DNA of 13,612 bases from Thermoplasmata archaeon (GTDB lineage: Archaea > Thermoplasmatota > SW-10-69-26 > JACQPN01 > JAJPHT01), in the NCBI GenBank assembly GCA_034667685.1, contig JAXDQU010000104.1, forward strand, positions 1 to 13,612, given 5' to 3'. Of the stretch, positions 1 through 5,555 are shown piece by piece. The stretch's first letter is position 1, and the number at the start of each line of letters is the position of its first letter. Both the position numbers and the translations under genes were made by a program. The notes under the pieces are model-generated. The model was not told the origin of the DNA and ran no database searches. It saw nothing but the letters and a program-made list of their open reading frames with translations.

Positions 1-2
1 TC

Positions 3-1070
3 CTCGTCAATCCCGTCGCCGGCCTCGGCGGCGCCGTGGGCTTGAAGGGCACGGACCACAAGGCGCAGGTGGCGCTCGCGCTGGGCGCGCAGGAGCGCGC
101 GCACCCGCGCGCCGTCGCGTTCCTGCGCGCGCTGCCCGACGAGATCACGGTGCTGACCGCGGCGGGGCGCATGGGCGAGGACGCGTGCGTCGAGGCCGAC
201 CTCTCCGCGCTCGTCGTGTACCTGCCCGAGGAGCCCACGACGCCCGAGGACACGACCGCCGCGGCGCGCGCGCTGGCCGGGACGGGCGTCGACCTGATCG
301 CGTTCGTCGGGGGCGATGGCACCGCGGCCGACGTCGCGCGCGGGCTCGCGGGCACGAGCGTCCCGGCGCTGGGCGTGCCGGCGGGCGTGAAGATGTACAG
401 CAGCGTCTTCGCGGACAACCCGGAGGCGGCGGCCGTCGTGGCGGCGACGTTCGACGCGACGAGCGTGCACGAGGTGCTCGACATCGACGAGGACGCCTTC
501 CGCGCGGGCGAGCTGAAGGTCGCGCTGAAGGGGACGCTCCGCGTGCCCACGCACGCGCGCGTGCAGGCCGGCAAGGTGGCCGGCGAGGACGACGAGGTGG
601 AGGTCGAGACGCTCGCGCACGCCGTCGCCGAGTCGCTGGAGTCCGGGCACACCTACGTGCTGGGCGCGGGCACGACGATGCACGCCGTGAAGCGCGCGCT
701 GGGCTTCGAGGGCACGATGCTGGGCCTCGATATCGTTTGGCTCGACGAGAACGGAAAGCCGCACGTCCTGGCCCAGGACGTCTCCGAGCGCGACCTGCTG
801 GAGCTTCCCCAGGGGCTCGAGGTCGTCGTCTCGCCCATCGGCGCGCAGGGCTTCTTCCTGGGGCGCGGCAACCTTCCGCTGACGCCCGCCGTGCTCGCGC
901 GCATGGCGATCCCCTCGGACGTCCACGTCGTGGCGACGCCCTGGAAGCTCCTCATGACGCCCACGCTGAAGGTGGACACGGGCGACGCGCGGATCGACGC
1001 GCGGTTCCCCGCTTTCCTGTCCGTCATGACCGGCCACGGCCAGGCGAAGCTCATGCGCGTCGCGCGTTAG
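3..1070 (+). CDS. ATP-NAD kinase family protein (predicted polyphosphate/ATP-dependent NAD kinase-like), 5' truncated by window edge
   Basis: The frame is open from position 3 (LVNPVAGLGGAVGLKGTD), matching the family's N-terminal NPxAGxGG...GLKGTD motif, so the true start lies before the window. It also has the GGDGT motif (FVGGDGTAADV), GVPAGVKMYSSVFA, and C-terminal SPIGAQGFFLGRGN and VDTGD motifs. Confidence 0.85.
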   Translation, partial: LVNPVAGLGGAVGLKGTDHKAQVALALGAQERAHPRAVAFLRALPDEITVLTAAGRMGEDACVEADLSALVVYLPEEPTTPEDTTAAARALAGTGVDLIAFVGGDGTAADVARGLAGTSVPALGVPAGVKMYSSVFADNPEAAAVVAATFDATSVHEVLDIDEDAFRAGELKVALKGTLRVPTHARVQAGKVAGEDDEVEVETLAHAVAESLESGHTYVLGAGTTMHAVKRALGFEGTMLGLDIVWLDENGKPHVLAQDVSERDLLELPQGLEVVVSPIGAQGFFLGRGNLPLTPAVLARMAIPSDVHVVATPWKLLMTPTLKVDTGDARIDARFPAFLSVMTGHGQAKLMRVAR

Positions 1071-1101
1071 GTCGTGTCTGGAATCCGTCTTCCGCGATGA
1101 A

Positions 1102-1114
1102 GCAACCTCATATG
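1102..1114 (+). promoter_or_regulatory. Putative BRE/TATA-like promoter for the HTH-10 gene
   Basis: GCAACCTCATATG is an AT-richer patch ending about 29 nt before the ATG at 1143, the spacing expected for a leaderless archaeal transcript. Confidence 0.4.
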
Positions 1115-1142
1115 CTCGATGGTCGATGCGGCGACGGGCACA

Positions 1143-1835
1143 ATGGGCTTCACGGAAGTCGTCTACAAGATCCGCAGCGACCACGATCCGCTTTGCGCCG
1201 CCACCGAGGCGAATCCGGAGCTCAAGGTCGTCGTGAACCAAATCGCTTGGGACGACGACACGTCCCAGGGAAAGACCATCATCACGCTGCTTGGCGCCGA
1301 CGACAAGCTCGCCGGCCTCGCGCAGGCGCTGGTCCCCGTCCACGACAAGGTCGAGACCCTCTCGCAGGGCAAGGAGCAGCTCGTGCTGCGGGCGAGCGCG
1401 CGCCTCGACACCATGAAGAAGGCGGGCAATCCGGCGGCCTTCGGCCTCGACTACTTCGGCGAGGACGCGATCTCGCAGCCCTCGCTCGTGAAGGACGGCT
1501 ACCTCCACATGCGCCTCCTGGTCACGAAGAAGGTCGACCTCGCGGACCTCCTCTCGCACTACGAGAAGGGCGTGAAGGAGGGGCGCTGGAGCGACTTCAA
1601 GCTCATCCGCATCGACGACTACGATCCGGAGACGCAGATCGCCGGCGCGTTCACCGAGAGCCTCACGCAGAAGCAGCTCGAGGTCATCAAGACCGCCCTC
1701 GCGCTGGGCTTCTACAACACGCCGCGTGATATCACGCTCGACGACCTCGCCAACATCTTCGGCATCTCGAAGGCGGCCGTCCACAACCGCCTCCAGGCCG
1801 CGGAGCGGAAGGTCATCGCCAAGTTCTTCGGCTAA
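1143..1835 (+). CDS. HTH-10 (bacterio-opsin activator-type C-terminal HTH) transcriptional regulator
   Basis: The C-terminus LTQKQLEVIKTALALGFYNTPRDITLDDLANIFGISKAAVHNRLQAAERKV is the archaeal HTH_10 signature. ATG 1143 is preferred over 1119 because of promoter spacing. Confidence 0.9.
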   Translation: MGFTEVVYKIRSDHDPLCAATEANPELKVVVNQIAWDDDTSQGKTIITLLGADDKLAGLAQALVPVHDKVETLSQGKEQLVLRASARLDTMKKAGNPAAFGLDYFGEDAISQPSLVKDGYLHMRLLVTKKVDLADLLSHYEKGVKEGRWSDFKLIRIDDYDPETQIAGAFTESLTQKQLEVIKTALALGFYNTPRDITLDDLANIFGISKAAVHNRLQAAERKVIAKFFG

Positions 1836-1844
1836 GGCGGGGGG

Positions 1845-3215
1845 TTACACCAGCTCGCGCACGCGCTTCTCGAGCGCCGCGGCCCTCGTGTCGACCCCCG
1901 GAAGGACGAGGTGCACCTGCGCGCCCAGCCCGTTCTCCCGGTTGAGGAAGTGGATCTGGCCGCCGAGGCGGTGCACGGCGCGGATCGCGATCGCGAGGCC
2001 GAACCCCTTGCGCACGGTGCTGGGCCCGCCGCGGCGGTCCGCGAGCGCGGCGAGGATCGCGGGCGGGAAGCCGGGCCCGTCGTCCTCCACGACGAGGTCC
2101 ACGGTGCCGCGCGGCGCGTCGTGGGCGGCGTAGACGTGGATCTCGGGCGCGGGCTTGTCGGCGTGCTTCACCGAGTTGAGGATGAGGTTGCCCAGCGCCT
2201 GGCGCAGGAGCGGCGGCGTGGCGAGCACCTGGGGCATCGCGCTGTCGATCAGCAGCCTCGCGCGGCGCTCCTGGAGCGGGTGCTCGAAGATCTGCCGCGT
2301 GACGGGATCGTCCAGGAGCGCGCGCACGTCCACCGGCTCGGGCTCCAGCGGCGTCGAGGTGGCGCGGCTCCATTCCAGGAGGCCCAGGACGAGGCGCTCC
2401 AGCTCGCGGTGGCTCGCGACGGCGTGCTTGAGCATCTCGTCGCGCTCGGGGCGCGTCTGCGCGTCCTGCGCCTCCTCGAGCCACGTCCGCGTCGCGCGGA
2501 TCGGCTCCTTGAGGTCGTGGGCGACGACGTAGGAGAAGGCCTCCAGCGAGTCGTTGGCGGCCGTCAGCTCGCGCGCCCGCTCGCGCTCCAGCACGACGTC
2601 GCGCTCCAGGCGCGTCGTGCGCGCGGCGTGGGCGGCGGCGAGGAACTCGGTCGCGCGCGCGTCCCGCATGCGGACGAGCTGGAGGACGATCGCCATGACG
2701 CTCGTGGCGAGCAGCGCGAAGCCCGCGTTGAGCCATTCGCTGCCCAGCCCCTCGCTCCACGCCACGAGCGCCCAGCCCCCCAGCGAGCAGGCGACGAGCG
2801 CCGCCGTCCACGGGACCGAGAGCAGGATCGCGCTGCCCACGAGCTCGACGAGGATCAGGTTCGTCGTCTGCGCCGGCAGGTGGAGCAGCTTGATGGCGAC
2901 GAGGCTCGACGCCAGCGTCAGGAGGAGCGCGGCCGCCGCGATCGCGTTGGCCTTGGCGGGAGCGACGGGGCGCGCGAGGAGCGCCAGCGCCGCGAAGGCG
3001 AGCGCCACGGCTCCGCCCCCGTCGACGATGGCGAGCGCGAGCGTCGCGCCGGGAGGACGGAAGACGATCGTGACCAGCGCGAAGAAGAGGAACGCGGCGC
3101 TCAACGCCCACAGGAGCGGTCCGAGCCGCGAGGCCACGCGCGACTCGAGGCGCGCGCGCAGCGCGGGGGCGTCGAGCGGAGCGTCCACGTGCTCCGCATG
3201 GCGCCGCTCCTGCAT
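1845..3215 (-). CDS. Membrane-bound sensor histidine kinase (about 6 TM + HisKA + HATPase_c)
   Basis: Six hydrophobic N-terminal segments, H-box LEAFSYVVAHDLKEPIR, N-box LRQALGNLILNSVKH, G1 VEDDGPGF and G2 GFGLAIA. Confidence 0.92.
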   Translation of the reverse strand: MQERRHAEHVDAPLDAPALRARLESRVASRLGPLLWALSAAFLFFALVTIVFRPPGATLALAIVDGGGAVALAFAALALLARPVAPAKANAIAAAALLLTLASSLVAIKLLHLPAQTTNLILVELVGSAILLSVPWTAALVACSLGGWALVAWSEGLGSEWLNAGFALLATSVMAIVLQLVRMRDARATEFLAAAHAARTTRLERDVVLERERARELTAANDSLEAFSYVVAHDLKEPIRATRTWLEEAQDAQTRPERDEMLKHAVASHRELERLVLGLLEWSRATSTPLEPEPVDVRALLDDPVTRQIFEHPLQERRARLLIDSAMPQVLATPPLLRQALGNLILNSVKHADKPAPEIHVYAAHDAPRGTVDLVVEDDGPGFPPAILAALADRRGGPSTVRKGFGLAIAIRAVHRLGGQIHFLNRENGLGAQVHLVLPGVDTRAAALEKRVRELV

Positions 3216-3218
3216 CAG

Positions 3219-4361
3219 CTAGACGACGCTTGGCCCGCTGTAAGTCCATGCGTCCGCGCCGCGCCAGTTCAATGCCAGCCCGACCAGGATCGCGGCCGCG
3301 GCGGCGGGCAGCGGCGGCACGCGCAGGGCGAGAAGCGCGGCATCGCACGCCAGGTAGGCGATCGTCGCGGCCAACGTGACCACGTGCCAGCGCGCCAGCC
3401 GCGCGAGGAGACCGCGCGAGGCGCGCCGGTCACGGAAGGTGAAGGCGTCGTTCCACGCGAAGTTCCAGAGCACGGCGCCCTCGCGCGCGACGAGGCCGGC
3501 CAGGAGGATGGCGAGGGGGGAGGCGCCGGCGAGAAGCGGCGCCGCCAGCGCGAGGGGCAGCAGGTTCACGAGCATGCCGGAGAGCCCGACGAGCGCGAAG
3601 CGGGCGAAGCGCTTGTTGCTCCCGTCCCGCCGAGCCAGCGAGACGAGGTGGGCGACGTACGCGCCCAGGACGCGGCGCGAGAGCTTCGAGACGCCCGTCT
3701 CGCGCGGCGCGAAGCGGAAGGGCACCTCGACCACGCGCGCGGGCTGCGCGGACACGAGGACCTCCAGGAGGATCTTGTAGCCGCGCGGGTGGAGCGCGTC
3801 GAGCGGCCGAAGCGCGTCGCGCCGCACGAGGAAGAAACCGGACATGGGGTCGCGCACCTTCGCGCGGCGCACGGCGGGGAGGGCGAGGCGCGCGAGGAGC
3901 GCGGCGCCCCAGGAGGCGACGAGGCGCGCGCGGGAGAGGCCGGCGTCCTCGCCGCCCGCCGCGTGGCGCGAGGCGACGACGACGTCCGCGCGCGTGGCCT
4001 CGGCGGCCGCAAGCATGCGCGGGAGCGCCTCGGGCGGGTGCTGCCCGTCCGCGTCCATCACGGCCACGTGCTCGCCGGTGGCTTCGCGGATGCCGGCGAT
4101 GACGGCGGTCGCGAGCCCGCGCTCGCCCACGCGCCGGATCACGCGCACGCGCGGGTCGCGCTGCGCGAGGCGCCACGTCCCGTCGGGCGAGTCGTCGTCC
4201 ACGACCAGGATCTCGTGCGGGATGCCTTCGAGCGCGAGGCCGACCGCGGCGAGCGTGGCCTCGATGCTGCCCGCTTCGTTGTAGGTGGGCAGCACGACCG
4301 AGATCCGCGGCGGGCGCCGCGACGGCTCGACCGCGCGCGTCGCCGCCGAAGCCTCGCCCAT
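3219..4361 (-). CDS. GT2 glycosyltransferase, dolichol/polyprenol-phosphate mannose synthase-like, with C-terminal GtrA membrane domain
   Basis: Motifs VLPTYNE, VVDDDSPDGT, RGLATA, VMDADGQHPP (DxD), DPMSGFF and EVPFRFAPRETGVSKL, followed by GtrA-like RFALVGLSGMLVN...WNFAWNDAFTF. Start placed at ATG 4361 (MGEAS); the 60-aa extension to 4541 does not look coding. Confidence 0.92.
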   Translation of the reverse strand: MGEASAATRAVEPSRRPPRISVVLPTYNEAGSIEATLAAVGLALEGIPHEILVVDDDSPDGTWRLAQRDPRVRVIRRVGERGLATAVIAGIREATGEHVAVMDADGQHPPEALPRMLAAAEATRADVVVASRHAAGGEDAGLSRARLVASWGAALLARLALPAVRRAKVRDPMSGFFLVRRDALRPLDALHPRGYKILLEVLVSAQPARVVEVPFRFAPRETGVSKLSRRVLGAYVAHLVSLARRDGSNKRFARFALVGLSGMLVNLLPLALAAPLLAGASPLAILLAGLVAREGAVLWNFAWNDAFTFRDRRASRGLLARLARWHVVTLAATIAYLACDAALLALRVPPLPAAAAAILVGLALNWRGADAWTYSGPSVV

Positions 4362-4386
4362 GGCATGCCTGAGGCGCGAGGGCCCG

Positions 4387-4400
4387 CATAACGGGATTGC
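4387..4400 (-). promoter_or_regulatory. Putative BRE/TATA-like promoter for the GT2-kinase unit
   Basis: Minus strand GCAATCCCGTTATG, with the TAT ending about 26 nt upstream of ATG 4361. Confidence 0.4.
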
Positions 4401-4548
4401 CCCGTCCGGCCGAGGCTGCGGGGCTTCCGTCGCCCGGCTCACGCCGTCGCCCACATCGGACTTGCCCGTTCGGTCCCTTGGCGTCCTCGCTTGATCTTTC
4501 GGCCGCACGAAAGGTCTGGGCGATACGCGCGCACGAATCATGCGTCGA

Positions 4549-4618
4549 GGGCTATGGGCTCTGGACTCAAGGCGCTGGGCTCCGGTGCCCAGAGCCTTGA
4601 GTCCAGAGCCCCGAGCCC
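4549..4618. repeat. Long inverted repeat built from degenerate 7-mers (GGGCTCN); possible terminator or REP-like element
   Basis: 4556-4580 (gggctctggactcaaggcgctgggc) pairs with 4587-4611 at 24/25 positions around a 6-nt loop, and extends with mismatches to 4549/4618. It begins 1 nt after the stop codon of the last pilus-operon gene. Confidence 0.85.
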
Positions 4619-4619
4619 T

Positions 4620-5555
4620 TCACCGGATCGTGACGTCGTACCGCCCGTACGAGATCGAGAGCGCGACGTCGGACGCGCTGGGCGAGGCGGTGGGTCCGTT
4701 CAGGACGACGCGGAACTCGTTGGGTTGGAGGTCGGGGCAGCGCGCGTCGCCGGCCAGGCAGGCGTAGTTGAGCGCGGGGTCGAAGCCGGCCTGCGCGAGC
4801 TGGCCGTCGAACCACGTCTTCCACGCGGCGGGGTAGGGCGTGTCGAACGTCCAGTTGGCGCTGGCGGCGTTGAGCGCCTGGCCGCTCTCGGTGAGCGAGG
4901 GGCCGGCCGTCAGGTCGACCGCCGTGCCGCCCGAGCCCACCGCGGCCGCGTTGCTCGGGCCGCGCATGTCGAGGAACGTGGCGCTCACGAAGTAGCGGCC
5001 GCCCGACACCTTGAGGTCGAGGGGCGGGCCGGCCACGACGTAGCCGAGGCTGCGCTCCACGCGGAGCAGGCCGCCGAACTCGGTGCGGTAGCCGTACGAG
5101 GCCGAGTACGTGCCCTGCTCGTGGAAGTAGACGCACCCCTGCGCGCCGTCCTTGATGTCCGAGACCGTGGTCCCGCTGGCCGCGTGGAGCGCCGTGAGCT
5201 TCGCGCACGCGGGCTCGAACGCGACGGAGCCGGTGGGCGCCGCGGGCTGCGTCCGCGACACCAAGGGCACGTCGAAGGCGCGCGGCGCGGGCGCGGCCGG
5301 GATCGAGACGGTGGTCGCCGCCTGCGTCCCCAGGCCGGCCGCGGCGGAGCGGTCGAGCTTGGTGAGCGAGTCGCCGACGGTCTGGTCCCACGAGCGCTCG
5401 GCCTCCGCGCCCCACCGGGGGACGTCGGCGCCGGCCACGTACGCAAGGTAGGTGATGAGTACCGCGAGCACGAGGACGAAGCCGACGACGGCCGCCACGC
5501 CCCGGTCGTCCTCATGGCGTGTTGCTGCAGTCAGTGAACGACGAGGGCCAGTCAT
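4620..5555 (-). CDS. Minor pilin / pilin-like protein with class III signal peptide
   Basis: EDDRG|VAAVVGFVLVLAVLITYLAYV matches a prepilin cleavage site (RG| + hydrophobic helix), followed by VPRWGAEAE and a beta-rich body. The start is uncertain (ATG 5555 or 5567, both overlapping the upstream gene). Confidence 0.75.
   Translation of the reverse strand: MTGPRRSLTAATRHEDDRGVAAVVGFVLVLAVLITYLAYVAGADVPRWGAEAERSWDQTVGDSLTKLDRSAAAGLGTQAATTVSIPAAPAPRAFDVPLVSRTQPAAPTGSVAFEPACAKLTALHAASGTTVSDIKDGAQGCVYFHEQGTYSASYGYRTEFGGLLRVERSLGYVVAGPPLDLKVSGGRYFVSATFLDMRGPSNAAAVGSGGTAVDLTAGPSLTESGQALNAASANWTFDTPYPAAWKTWFDGQLAQAGFDPALNYACLAGDARCPDLQPNEFRVVLNGPTASPSASDVALSISYGRYDVTIR

Noticed and set aside
185-1729. 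514-aa Arg-rich ORF and similar overlapping ORFs (1813-3348, 3430-4389, 4567-5415, 5552-7366)
   Set aside because: Arg/Ala/Gly/Pro-rich off-frame translations of real high-GC genes, with no motifs.
4455-4520. Faint resemblance to a c-di-GMP-I riboswitch (GAAA...GGACGCCAAG on the minus strand)
   Set aside because: Lacks the GGCAAAC element and the proper P2/P3 arrangement, and lies upstream of the putative promoter.
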